36,390 nt of DNA from Pirellulaceae bacterium (GCA_046085865.1 JBJSWM010000138.1:1-36390); one strand, 5' to 3'; shown: positions 9,895 through 19,797, numbered from the stretch's first letter. A program made the numbers and translations. Notes: generated by a model from the sequence alone, not told the origin.

Positions 9895-10403
9895 GCCATT
9901 CGAAGGGGAGCCATCCAACGCGACGGCTGATGCTGATGCGGCACGCCAAGAGCGATTGGAATGACCCTTCGCTCTCAGACTTCCAGCGGCCACTGAACCG
10001 GCGCGGACAACAAGCCATTCCCGTCATGGCCAAGTGGCTAGAGCAGCAAGGGGAGAAGGTCGATGCGATCCTGGCCAGCGAAGCGACCCGCGCTAGACAA
10101 ACTGTCGAAGGGATGATCGAAAATCTTGACTGGAGGGGTGCGGTATTTTGGCGCCAGGAACTTTACTTGGCACCACCCGCGACACTGATCGCAGAGATCA
10201 TCCAGATCCCTAACTCTGTCCAATCCCTTCTCCTGGTTGCCCATAACCCCGGATTGGAACAAATGGTGGCCCATTGGAGTGGGAATTGGCAGCCCTTCCC
10301 GACAGCCGCCATCGCCATCTTCGAATTTCAGGGGGACTCATGGGAGGAGGCGATCGGTAGAATGCCGCTGTGCGTGGCGATCGGCAAACCAAAAGAACTG
10401 TAG
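9891..10403 (+). CDS. sixA: SixA-type histidine phosphatase family protein
   Basis: ATG 9891 overlaps the sulfatase stop codon (ATGA, 9891-9894). The LMRHAKS, SEATRARQT and LLVAHNPG blocks fit the histidine-phosphatase/SixA family. About 170 aa. Confidence 0.7.
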   Translation: MSHSKGSHPTRRLMLMRHAKSDWNDPSLSDFQRPLNRRGQQAIPVMAKWLEQQGEKVDAILASEATRARQTVEGMIENLDWRGAVFWRQELYLAPPATLIAEIIQIPNSVQSLLLVAHNPGLEQMVAHWSGNWQPFPTAAIAIFEFQGDSWEEAIGRMPLCVAIGKPKEL

Positions 10404-10420
10404 ATGTCTCGGGCGCAACC

Positions 10421-13045
10421 ATGCGAACCTTCTTCGGCACCAGACGATGGACTACTTGGCAAGGCACTCCGCATGGTCGATCCAACTCGCGGAATGCGAC
10501 TTTAGGAATCGAATCACTCGAATCGCGAAGGCTTCTGACAGCGGAGGGAAGCCCCTGGCCAATCGATCAATCGCTCGATGTTTCCGCCCTGATCGGCACC
10601 CCCTCGGCGATTGCCAAATGGGGCGATGGAACCCAAAGCAGCCTTTCGATCGCTTCTCAGCCTGCATCCGGCTCGATTCGAATACGCTTCGATTACAGCT
10701 ACGATACCGGTAACTTTTTCAATACGCAGCTCAAGAAAGATCTCCTGCAGTTGGCCGCTGACCTCCTGGTCACTCGCTTTTCCGATTCGCTTTCCGCCAT
10801 CACTCCTTCTGGTTCCAACTCCTGGACTCTTTCGTTCACCCATCCGGCGACGGGCAATCTGCAGTCGATCACCAACGCATCGATCGCTGCCAATGAACTG
10901 CTGGTCTTTGTCGGTTCCCGCGACCTGCCGGCGCCTGGGATCGCCGAAGGAGGGTTCGGTGGGTACGCAAGTTCAGGGAGCCCCTCGTGGCTGCAGACCG
11001 TTCAGGCTCGTGGCCAAAGCGGTGCTCTGGCCAGTCCGCCGACCGATTTCGGTCCCTGGGGGGGTAACTTGACCTTTGACCCAACCGTCCCATGGCACTT
11101 TGGCGCAACCACCGAGGGGCTCGAAACAACCGAAAACGACTTCCTCTCGGTCGCCGCTCACGAGATCGCTCATCTCTTGGGATTTGGTGTCGCCAGCAGC
11201 TGGCAAACCTATGTTTCAGGGGCGACGTTCATCGGGCCGCAGTCGATCTTGGCTCATGATGCAGGTGGTGCGATCCCGCTGGCCGCCAGCGGGGCTCACT
11301 GGGTCAACGGAACCACCGATGCCGGGAAAGAGACATTGATGGACCCAAGCCTGACCAAGGGTACGCGGAAGTTGCCGACGCGGCTGGACCTCGCCGGACT
11401 GGATGATCTGGGCTGGCAGGTGATCGAACCAACCGTGCGCGTTCAGGGGACGCACATCTATGGCGACAACGGGACGTTTCCGGTGGAGATTGAACTGACA
11501 GGCAGTCGCATTGGACTGGAGAAAGGCAATGCATCCGCGGCGATCACCAATGCCCCACCTGTTTTCTCTGCCCGCAGCCCGCTCAGTGGGACAGCGCAGG
11601 TACCACTGAATGTGGTGAATTTGGGATCATTCACCGATGCGGGGTTCGGTATCGCATCGCTGCAGCCTCCACGGACCGAGACGTTCGGGTACCGGATCGA
11701 CTGGGGTGATGGTTCCTCGATCGATCAAGGAGATGCAACGATCGATCGTCTGGGGAGCGCCGGGGTGCTGACGGCTGGTTCCTTCGACGGCAACCACACC
11801 TACCTCAATCCTGGCAGCTACACGATGACTCTGACCGTCACCGATGACGACGGAGGCACAGCCACGCAGACGGTTCCAGTAGAAATCAGCGGTGTCCCCA
11901 AACTGATCCTTCGGCTGACGCCGACCTCGATCTCCGAGAATGCCGGCAATGGAGCCGTTCAGTTGACGATTGAGCGATCGGGGTTCCCGGTGGCGCAAAG
12001 CCTCACCGTGCAACTTTCCTCCAGCGATACCAGCGAACTGGTTGTCCCTGCGACCGTCATCATCCCAGCCAACCAGACTCAGGTGGTCGTGCCGCTGGAT
12101 GTGATCGACGACACCTTGCTGGATGGAACCCAGTCGGTCATCGTCTCCGCCCAAGCAGGCAGCGTCATCGCACCCACTGTGACGCTGCAGGTGATCGATC
12201 ATGAAACGCTTTCGGTGACCATCGCACCCTCAAGCATCCGCGAGAATGCGGGACCAGGAGCGGCGCTAGTGACCGTGACCCGATCGAATACCGATCGAAC
12301 CCAAGCGTTGATGGTGACACTCAGCAGTAGCGACATCAGCGAAGCAGCGGTGCCGACGACCTTGATCCTCCCAGCCTTCGCCGCGTCCGCTTCCACGCTG
12401 GTGGATGCTGTCGACGATGATCTGCTGGATGGAACACAGAACGTGTTGCTACAGGCAGACGCATCCGGCTACGTTTCAGGTGGGGCGTCGCTGGCGGTGG
12501 AGGACTTCGAAGCGATCCGCCTGGAAATCACCCCCGGCAATTACTCCGAAGCTCCAGGTGCCAATCAGGGTTCGATCACTCTGAGCGTTCCATTCCTGGT
12601 GCCATCAGGCGGGATGGTGATCCAACTGTCCACCTCCCCCGCAACGCAGATTCAGCTCCCCGGCCAAGTCACCATTCCTGCAGGAAGTCGGTCGGTGCTT
12701 TTCCCATTCCAGATCGTCCAAGACTACGTTGTCGAAGGCACTCAATCGGTTCGCATCCAGGCGCAGGCCACTGGATTGCAGTCGGCTGCCGTCGATCTGG
12801 TCTTCGCTGACGATGACCTTCCGATCTGGCAGAATCCACTCCTACCGACCGATATCGACGGCGACGGCCGTGTCACCCCACGCGATGCCCTCCTGGTGAT
12901 CAATCAGTTGAACCTGCGCGGCCAGGGCCCTTTGGTTCCAGGAGTCGACCCGATAGCGCCTCCCTACCTGGATGCCAGTGGCAATGGCCTGCTAGAACCG
13001 CTCGATGCCCTCCTCGTGATCAATTACTTGAACCTTCAGGGATAG
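10421..13045 (+). CDS. Large secreted multidomain protein: HExxH metalloprotease-like domain, PKD domain, three Calx-beta-like repeats, C-terminal dockerin-type repeats
   Basis: HEIAHLLGFG supplies the HExxH motif. YRIDWGDGS...GNHTYLNPGSYTMTLTVTDDDGG is a PKD domain. There are three ~100-aa repeats with ISENAG...LSSSD...DD.LLDGTQ. DIDGDGRVTPRDALLVINQLN and DASGNGLLEPLDALLVINYLN are dockerin-like. The N-terminal LESLESRRLLTA motif is common in large planctomycete exoproteins. Start taken at ATG 10421. Confidence 0.85.
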   Translation: MRTFFGTRRWTTWQGTPHGRSNSRNATLGIESLESRRLLTAEGSPWPIDQSLDVSALIGTPSAIAKWGDGTQSSLSIASQPASGSIRIRFDYSYDTGNFFNTQLKKDLLQLAADLLVTRFSDSLSAITPSGSNSWTLSFTHPATGNLQSITNASIAANELLVFVGSRDLPAPGIAEGGFGGYASSGSPSWLQTVQARGQSGALASPPTDFGPWGGNLTFDPTVPWHFGATTEGLETTENDFLSVAAHEIAHLLGFGVASSWQTYVSGATFIGPQSILAHDAGGAIPLAASGAHWVNGTTDAGKETLMDPSLTKGTRKLPTRLDLAGLDDLGWQVIEPTVRVQGTHIYGDNGTFPVEIELTGSRIGLEKGNASAAITNAPPVFSARSPLSGTAQVPLNVVNLGSFTDAGFGIASLQPPRTETFGYRIDWGDGSSIDQGDATIDRLGSAGVLTAGSFDGNHTYLNPGSYTMTLTVTDDDGGTATQTVPVEISGVPKLILRLTPTSISENAGNGAVQLTIERSGFPVAQSLTVQLSSSDTSELVVPATVIIPANQTQVVVPLDVIDDTLLDGTQSVIVSAQAGSVIAPTVTLQVIDHETLSVTIAPSSIRENAGPGAALVTVTRSNTDRTQALMVTLSSSDISEAAVPTTLILPAFAASASTLVDAVDDDLLDGTQNVLLQADASGYVSGGASLAVEDFEAIRLEITPGNYSEAPGANQGSITLSVPFLVPSGGMVIQLSTSPATQIQLPGQVTIPAGSRSVLFPFQIVQDYVVEGTQSVRIQAQATGLQSAAVDLVFADDDLPIWQNPLLPTDIDGDGRVTPRDALLVINQLNLRGQGPLVPGVDPIAPPYLDASGNGLLEPLDALLVINYLNLQG

Positions 13046-13411
13046 CCAGCTCTTGGCGAACCCCCGGTCGTGGCCGGATAGAACCGACGCGATCCAAAAA
13101 TGAAGGGAAACCCCTTATCTTTCCGATCGCCACGCGGCATTACGAGGAAGCCCTGCTAGACTGCCAGTCGTCAGAACACCCCGATCCAAACTGCCAACCA
13201 CACCCCCCGAAATAGAGATGTAGCAAGAAATTCTCTTGCGACTGGTGTAGAATTGTGGCATCAATTGCGGGTGACCTTCTACGCAAGCTAAGTCATCGGG
13301 GCGATTTTTGTCCCCTTGAGTTGAGTTGCGGACATGGTTCCGTGCCGATCCGAATCGAGCACCGCAGTTGCCTGCCTGATTCCCACCCACCTCGACGACG
13401 GGAACGACGCA

Positions 13412-14752
13412 ATGCTTTCGATCTTCGGGCAAAACAGTCGCCTTTGTGGCGGTCTATCACGCCGACAGTTTTTGACGATTGGCGGGCTGTCGTTCGGTGC
13501 TGGTGGTTTTGGACTGGCGGATCTTCTACGTGCTGAGGCCACTAGCGGGAAAAGCACCCACAAGGGGCTGATCAATATTTTCCTTGGTGGTGGTCCACCC
13601 CACCAGGACATGTGGGAGATCAAGACCGAAGCGCCCAGTGAGATTCGTGGTGAGTTTCGACCCATCGCCACCAATGTCCCGGGGATTCAGATCTGCGAAG
13701 TCTTTCCAGAGTTAGCCAAGCGGATGGACAAGTCGGTGGTGATCCGTTCGGTGGTCGGTTGCAAGGATCGCCATGAGGCGTATCAGTGCATGACTGGATG
13801 GTTTCCCGATGACCTGCGGGCAGTGGGGGGCAGGCCTTCGATCGGATCGGCGGTTTCCCGACTCTATGGGCCGACCGATCCATCGGTGCCACCTTATGTG
13901 GGACTGGCCAATCGAACTCAGCATGTCCCCTGGTCGGATCCTGGAAATCCGGGATTCCTGGGTGCGGCGTTTACCCCATTCAAACCGGATGGTCCTGGAA
14001 TGGAGAACATGAAGCTCCAAGGGATCGGCTTGGACCGGCTTCAGGACCGCAAGGCTTTACTTGGCCAGCTAGACAATCTTCGACGGGAGATCGACCAATC
14101 CGGCTCGATGACTGGGATGGATGCATTCAGCCAGCGGGCGCTGGATGTATTGACCAGCAGCCGCCTGCTGGACGCACTCGACCTCTCCAAAGAGGACCCG
14201 AAGGTAGTCGCCCGCTACGGGGATGGCAAGCCATACCAATACCAGTACGACGGAGCCCCCACCTGCAATGACCACTTGCTTCTGGCCCGTCGGCTGATCG
14301 AAGCTGGGGTGCGTGTGGTGAGCCTCAGCTACGGTCGATGGGACAGTCATGGCGACAATTTCAAGCTGGTGCGCGACCACGGATCGAAGCTCGATCAGTG
14401 CCTGAGCGCCCTGATGGATGATCTCGAACAGCGGGGCATGCTGCAGGATGTCAGTGTGGTGGTGTGGGGTGAATTTGGACGCACGCCGAAGATCAACAAC
14501 GGCGCAGGTCGCGACCACTGGGCGCAGGTCAGCTGCGCCTGGATGGCGGGTGGTGGAATTCGCGCCGGTCAGGCCATCGGGGCTACCAACCGGCTTGGAG
14601 AATACGCCACCGAACGACCGGTGCACATGCAAGAAATCATCGCGACGCTGTATCACAACCTAGGAGTCGATGTTTCGTCGACCACCTTGGCCGATCCAAC
14701 CGGCCGTCCCCAGTTCCTCGTAGATCATGGTCCCATCCAGGAATTGATCTGA
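13412..14752 (+). CDS. DUF1501 family protein (sulfatase/alkaline-phosphatase-like fold) with a twin-arginine signal
   Basis: SRRQFLTIGG is a Tat motif. The GGPPHQDMWE, WDSHGDNF, WGEFGRTPKIN and GRDHW blocks are characteristic of DUF1501. Start moved to ATG 13412. Confidence 0.9.
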   Translation: MLSIFGQNSRLCGGLSRRQFLTIGGLSFGAGGFGLADLLRAEATSGKSTHKGLINIFLGGGPPHQDMWEIKTEAPSEIRGEFRPIATNVPGIQICEVFPELAKRMDKSVVIRSVVGCKDRHEAYQCMTGWFPDDLRAVGGRPSIGSAVSRLYGPTDPSVPPYVGLANRTQHVPWSDPGNPGFLGAAFTPFKPDGPGMENMKLQGIGLDRLQDRKALLGQLDNLRREIDQSGSMTGMDAFSQRALDVLTSSRLLDALDLSKEDPKVVARYGDGKPYQYQYDGAPTCNDHLLLARRLIEAGVRVVSLSYGRWDSHGDNFKLVRDHGSKLDQCLSALMDDLEQRGMLQDVSVVVWGEFGRTPKINNGAGRDHWAQVSCAWMAGGGIRAGQAIGATNRLGEYATERPVHMQEIIATLYHNLGVDVSSTTLADPTGRPQFLVDHGPIQELI

Positions 14753-14958
14753 TCGGCAGGCACTGTTCGGACGGAAAGTCCCTTTCACCTAACCAGCCAG
14801 CTCCCTCCCATCCCTTTCGCCTGCCTTCCATGCTTTCAACCGAACGCCGACCAAGGCCGTTTGGACTAGAATCGAAGGGAATCGTCCGGCTGGGGAACTG
14901 ATCTCCCCTTCCGGTCCCGCAAACTGCTTGATCCCGTCCCACTCGCGAGTGTTGCCCC

Positions 14959-17526
14959 ATGCGTCTTCGAATTCGACGATCTGAAGCGTTCGCCGGGTCC
15001 AGCAACCACGAACCCCTTATGGCGATTGCCAGACTGCTGATATGCCTCGCCTGGACAGGTTCGATCGGATCGATTGCAGCGGTATCGGCTGACGATTCGG
15101 TCGCGACTTGTCTGTCGCAGGAGGGGGAGATTGCGGAAGGGACCAGCTTTCGCTTTCTGGAGCGGCAGCTGGAGGGTAAGCCGGTGGGCAACCAGCTTCG
15201 CGGTCGCGACAGCCGTTGGCAACTGCAGGTGGTCGGTCAGTTGCCATCGGGCAAGTCGTTTGACGCGACCCATCGCTTGACCTATCAGGTGCAGCCTCCC
15301 ACGGTGGCTCGCGTCGATGCCATCGGCGTCATCGAGCCGCTATCCAACGGAACAGCGACCGTCGAGGCCCTTTGGAAGGGTTCGGTTGTTGCCAGCGCGT
15401 CGCTGGAGGTTGTTGGTTTTGATTCTTTGCAGCCGGTCGATTTCGGCCAGCAGGTAGTTCCGCTATTCACCAAGTTCGGGTGCAACGGAGGAGGCTGCCA
15501 CGGCAAGCTGTCAGGGCAGAATGGCTTCAAGCTTTCGCTGCTGGGCTTTGACTCTGGGGAAGATTACGAGCATCTGGTGAAGGAAGGACGAGGCCGTCGC
15601 CTGTTTCCTTCAGCGCCCGACCGGAGTCTTTTGTTGATGAAGGCAGTCAACGCTTCACCCCATGGTGGTGGACAGCGGATGGAGGTCGATTCGCACGAGT
15701 ATCGATTGATGCGTCGCTGGATCGAACAGGCGATGCCGCGTGGGTCGGCCAACCCGCCCCAGCTGGTTGCGATTGAAGTCTATCCCAACGCTCTGAAGAT
15801 GCTTCGCAAAGGCTCCCAACAGCTTTCGGTCCTGGCTCGCTACTCCGATGGACTGATCGAAGACATCACGCAAACCGCGCAGTACGATTCGAACAATCTC
15901 GACATGGCCGAGGTCGATCCCAAGGGACGCGTGCGAACGCATGAACTGGCAGGCGATGTCGCCATCATGGCCAGGTACCAGGGGAAAGTGGGCGTCTTTC
16001 GCGCCAGCATCCCGCTGTCCGATCAGCCCCCCAGCTATCCCGAAGCGACCAATCCGATCGACTTGGCGGTCTTTGCCAAACTCAAATCGCTCGGGATTCC
16101 CGCTGCAGCTCCCTGCGATGACAGCACCTTCCTCCGCCGTGTCACGCTGGATATCGCAGGCCGCCTTCCGACCGTTGCAGAGACCCAGTCGTTCCTGTCC
16201 GATAGCGATCCACAGAAGCGATCCCGCTGGATCGATCAGCTGCTGACCAGTAGCGATTACGCCGACTACTTTGCGTCCAAATGGAGCGCCATCCTGCGGA
16301 ATCGCCGAGCCGGTGTCGAAACGCAGTACGGCTCTTACGCCTTCCACGAGTGGATCCGACAGTCGCTTTACGAAAACACCCCGTACGATCGCTGGGTGCG
16401 CCAGTTGATGACCGCCTCCGGTGCCGTTGAAGCCAATCCGGCGGTGGTGTGGTGGCGCGAGGTGAACAATACCGAGTCGCGGGTGGAAGATGCGGCGCAG
16501 CTGTTTTTGGGTCAGCGAATCCAGTGCGCGCGATGCCACCATCATCCTTTTGAGAAGTGGAGTCAGGACGACTACTACCAGCTGTCCGCTTTCTTCTCGA
16601 CGGTCGAACGCAAGGAAGGTCGGTTGCCGCAGGAGCCGATGTTTGTGTCGCGCGTCGGCAAGGCAGAGGCAAGGCATCCGAAGACGGGCAAGCCATTGAA
16701 CGCCGCCGGCTTGGAAGCCAACGCGATCGACCTGGATCCGACGATCGATCCACGCACCGCACTAGCCGACTGGATGGTGGCCCCCAGCAACCCCTTCTTC
16801 GCCAAATCGCTCGCCAACCGCTATTGGAAGCACTTCTTCGGGCGCGGCCTAGTCGATCCCGAGGATGACATGCGCGCCACCAACCCACCGACCAACCCGG
16901 AATTGCTCGATGCGCTCGCCCAGGGCCTCGTCGACTCGGGCTACGATCTGAAGCAGTTGGTTCGGTCGATCTGCAATTCGCAGGTCTATCAGTTCTCGGC
17001 TCAGGCCGAAGGCGAGGTGCTGAAGGACACCACCAGTCATGCTCGGTTCTATCCGCGGCGGATGACGGCCGAAGTGCTGCTGGATGCCATCGATGTGGTC
17101 TGCCAGACCAAGACAGGATTCGATGGCATGCCGGCTGGAACACGCGCAGTCAGCTTGCCGGACACCCAGTTCAACTCCTATTTCCTGACCGTTTTTGGCC
17201 GGCCCGAATCGTCGACCGCCTGCGAATGCGAACGAGCCCAGGGGGCCAATCTGGCGCAAAGCCTCCATCTGCTCAATTCGAAAGACATCCAGGCGAAACT
17301 CTCGGCAGATCAGGGACTGGCTGCGGTGATGGCGTCCGATACCACCCATGGCAACGATCAGAAAATCAATGAACTTTACCTTCGAGCATTCTCCAGGCAG
17401 CCCAATCCGCAGGAAATCAAGACCGCTCTCGACTATCTTGAAAAGAAGAAGGATCAACCCCGAGAGGCGATGGAAGACCTCATCTGGGCAATCCTCAACA
17501 GCAAGGAGTTCCTCTTCAATCATTGA
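14959..17526 (+). CDS. DUF1549/DUF1553 (PSCyt2 + PSD1) protein with an N-terminal Big_2-like Ig domain
   Basis: FTKFGCNGGGCHGKLSGQNGFKLSLLG and CARCHHHPFEKWSQDDYY match DUF1549/PSCyt2. FGRPESSTACECER and the terminal NSKEFLFNH match DUF1553/PSD1. A signal peptide is present. ATG 15019 is an alternative start. Confidence 0.9.
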   Translation: MRLRIRRSEAFAGSSNHEPLMAIARLLICLAWTGSIGSIAAVSADDSVATCLSQEGEIAEGTSFRFLERQLEGKPVGNQLRGRDSRWQLQVVGQLPSGKSFDATHRLTYQVQPPTVARVDAIGVIEPLSNGTATVEALWKGSVVASASLEVVGFDSLQPVDFGQQVVPLFTKFGCNGGGCHGKLSGQNGFKLSLLGFDSGEDYEHLVKEGRGRRLFPSAPDRSLLLMKAVNASPHGGGQRMEVDSHEYRLMRRWIEQAMPRGSANPPQLVAIEVYPNALKMLRKGSQQLSVLARYSDGLIEDITQTAQYDSNNLDMAEVDPKGRVRTHELAGDVAIMARYQGKVGVFRASIPLSDQPPSYPEATNPIDLAVFAKLKSLGIPAAAPCDDSTFLRRVTLDIAGRLPTVAETQSFLSDSDPQKRSRWIDQLLTSSDYADYFASKWSAILRNRRAGVETQYGSYAFHEWIRQSLYENTPYDRWVRQLMTASGAVEANPAVVWWREVNNTESRVEDAAQLFLGQRIQCARCHHHPFEKWSQDDYYQLSAFFSTVERKEGRLPQEPMFVSRVGKAEARHPKTGKPLNAAGLEANAIDLDPTIDPRTALADWMVAPSNPFFAKSLANRYWKHFFGRGLVDPEDDMRATNPPTNPELLDALAQGLVDSGYDLKQLVRSICNSQVYQFSAQAEGEVLKDTTSHARFYPRRMTAEVLLDAIDVVCQTKTGFDGMPAGTRAVSLPDTQFNSYFLTVFGRPESSTACECERAQGANLAQSLHLLNSKDIQAKLSADQGLAAVMASDTTHGNDQKINELYLRAFSRQPNPQEIKTALDYLEKKKDQPREAMEDLIWAILNSKEFLFNH

Positions 17527-17568
17527 GGAGGCTCCTCCCACCGAACCTACCTCGCCGATTGAGTTGCC

Positions 17569-19719
17569 ATGAGCCTGCGTGCTTTATCGTTTGCGCTGGC
17601 CCTGCTGCTGGCCCGTCCAGTTGCTGGCCAGCTTCCGGTCATCGAACTACGTTCTCTGGTCCCCATGGTGGTGCAGTCTGGAGCGACGATCCCGATGCGA
17701 GCCGACGCGGCGTCGGGGGAAGAGATCGATCGTCTCGTGTTCTCTCAAGCGGGCATCCAGGCGACGCTAGTGACCAGCGCCCCGCGTCCTCTGACCGATC
17801 AGCGTGTTGCTCAGCATGGCCAGTTCCAGGTTGCTTTTCCCGCCGAACTGCCGATGGGCTTGGTGGAGGCCCGCGCCGTTGGCCGTTTTGGCATCTCCAA
17901 TCCCCGGCCTCTGTTGGTCACGCCCCTGCCCGTTCAGGAAGCGCCTGCCGATCGAGGCACCCTCGAGGCTCCAGTGGAACTGCCTCCCAACGTTTGGTGG
18001 CACACTCAGGCCGGTGGCGCTCAGAAGTCCTATCTCAAACTGATCGCTCCCGCAGGACAGCTCTGCTCCCTCTCGATTTTCGCTCCCCCCAATCACACGC
18101 GCGCCATTCCTGCCGTGGTCATTCGCGATGCGGCAGGAAGAGAGATTCTGCGAAGCCGAGTGCTGGGAGGGGCTCCCTGGAGCTGGTCGCAGACGCCCGA
18201 TTCGGACACGCAGTACATCGTCGAGCTTCGTGATTTTCTCTATCGCGGCGGGGAGGAGATGCGGTACTGCATCCTGCATGGGCAGGGACAGTTGCCGTGG
18301 CAGTCGCTGGAACCCCTTCCTGAATCTTTGGCAGCTTTCTCCCCCTCCAGCCTCGGTTATGCTCGCTGGTTCGATCCTGCGATCCCCGTGACCACACTGG
18401 CCGAGACCCCAGAATCCAAACCGCTTTCGGTGGCGGTCCCGGCGCTGGTAGAGGGAGCGATCGAAGCCGACTTCGATCGCGATGCGATTGAGTTTCCGGT
18501 TGCCGCCAATCGCCCCGTGGTCATCGAAGTTCTCTCCGATCGCATGGCGCAGTGGACCGATCTCCGGCTGGTGCTCGACAAGGTCGACCGATCGCCAGAG
18601 GGAGTCGAGAAGCTGGAGAGGATCGCCGTGATCGATGACCTGGGAGCGGTGGGGGCCCCGGCGATGTCGCTTGGCACTCGCGATCCGGCCCATCTTTTGA
18701 ACCTGCCGGCCGATAGCACGGTCCGAGCGACCTGGATGGATCTTCAGACCGGCCGGCGCGTTCCAAGATCGGCCTATCGATGCCTGATTCGCGAAGCCAA
18801 ACCCGATCTGGAAGCGATCGCATACTGGCCATTTCCTACCAACAATGCCGCGACCGGAAGACCTGCGGGTGTCCATCTGCTTCGCGGAGGCAACCAGTCG
18901 CTGCGCGTGGTGGTGCGAAGGCTGGATGGATGGAACGGCCCGGTGCGGCTGAAGATCGATCCACTACCACCTGGAATTCAATCCCCGGAAATTGTTCTTT
19001 CACCGGAACAAAATGAAGGGGAGCTGGTCCTCAGCGCCGCAGAGGATGCCCCCGCCTTCCTTGGGCCGGTGCAGGTCGTTGCATCGGCGAGGATTGGAGA
19101 GGCCGACGTCGTCAAGCAGTCCGCCTACGGCACACTCGCACAACCAGCAACCGGAGATCGTGGTGCCATCCAATCGAGGCAGTGTGACAGCCTGTGGCTG
19201 GCCGTTAGCGATCGCGACCTCCATCCTTTGCAGGTGCGCGCTGGAGCCGATCCGGTCCCGGAGATTGTGCAAGGTGCCAAATGGGCGATCCCCATCCAGG
19301 TCGCTAGACGCCCAGGCGGGGACCAGAACTGCGTGCTTCGACCGCAAAATCTACCCCCCAAGGCAGGGCTGGGCGAACTGACCATCGAAGCCGCCAAGGC
19401 GGATGCGGCTCCCGAAATCCAGATCGCCGCCGATACGCCGCCCGGGGACTATACCTTCTGGTTCCAGGTCGAATCGAAAGTGAAGATGAAGACCAATCCT
19501 CAGGCGTTGGAGCGAGAGCGAGCCGCGAGGATGCACTGGCAAGCGATCGTTGACGACCCCAATCGCGCGGGGGATCACGAAGCGGCCAAAAAGGAGCTGG
19601 CGGCATGCGACCAGCGCATCGAACAGCTCAAACCGCACGAGAGCGACCGCGAATTCACTGTTTTCTTTCCTTCGACTCCTGTGCGAATCAAGGTGATCGC
19701 TCCACCCCCCGCTTCGTGA
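17569..19719 (+). CDS. Secreted hypothetical protein, 716 aa, no family recognised
   Basis: It has a Sec-type signal (MSLRALSFALALLLARPVAGQ) and coding-like composition. It sits 42 bp after the PSD1 gene on the same strand. Segments such as GAIEADFDRDAIEFPVAANRPVVIEV resemble pre-peptidase C-terminal (PPC) type beta-sandwich domains. The C-terminus is a charged helix. Confidence 0.7.
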   Translation: MSLRALSFALALLLARPVAGQLPVIELRSLVPMVVQSGATIPMRADAASGEEIDRLVFSQAGIQATLVTSAPRPLTDQRVAQHGQFQVAFPAELPMGLVEARAVGRFGISNPRPLLVTPLPVQEAPADRGTLEAPVELPPNVWWHTQAGGAQKSYLKLIAPAGQLCSLSIFAPPNHTRAIPAVVIRDAAGREILRSRVLGGAPWSWSQTPDSDTQYIVELRDFLYRGGEEMRYCILHGQGQLPWQSLEPLPESLAAFSPSSLGYARWFDPAIPVTTLAETPESKPLSVAVPALVEGAIEADFDRDAIEFPVAANRPVVIEVLSDRMAQWTDLRLVLDKVDRSPEGVEKLERIAVIDDLGAVGAPAMSLGTRDPAHLLNLPADSTVRATWMDLQTGRRVPRSAYRCLIREAKPDLEAIAYWPFPTNNAATGRPAGVHLLRGGNQSLRVVVRRLDGWNGPVRLKIDPLPPGIQSPEIVLSPEQNEGELVLSAAEDAPAFLGPVQVVASARIGEADVVKQSAYGTLAQPATGDRGAIQSRQCDSLWLAVSDRDLHPLQVRAGADPVPEIVQGAKWAIPIQVARRPGGDQNCVLRPQNLPPKAGLGELTIEAAKADAAPEIQIAADTPPGDYTFWFQVESKVKMKTNPQALERERAARMHWQAIVDDPNRAGDHEAAKKELAACDQRIEQLKPHESDREFTVFFPSTPVRIKVIAPPPAS

Positions 19720-19797
19720 TCAAGCGAATCGGAACTCAACGAATCTCCAATGGCTGGTAGTGAAACGATGAGCAACATTTCGATCGAGAAACGTCCT

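Noticed and set aside
8116-9993. Minus-strand ORFs 8116-9018 and 9247-9993, and plus-strand ORF 7752-8780
   Set aside because: They overlap the sulfatase-NHL gene, whose frame carries unambiguous sulfatase and NHL motifs.
15655-18876. Long minus-strand ORFs 15655-16677, 16142-17143 and 17767-18876 (333-369 aa)
   Set aside because: They are antisense to the PSCyt2/PSD1 gene and the 716-aa secreted protein gene. They have shadow-ORF composition and no motifs.
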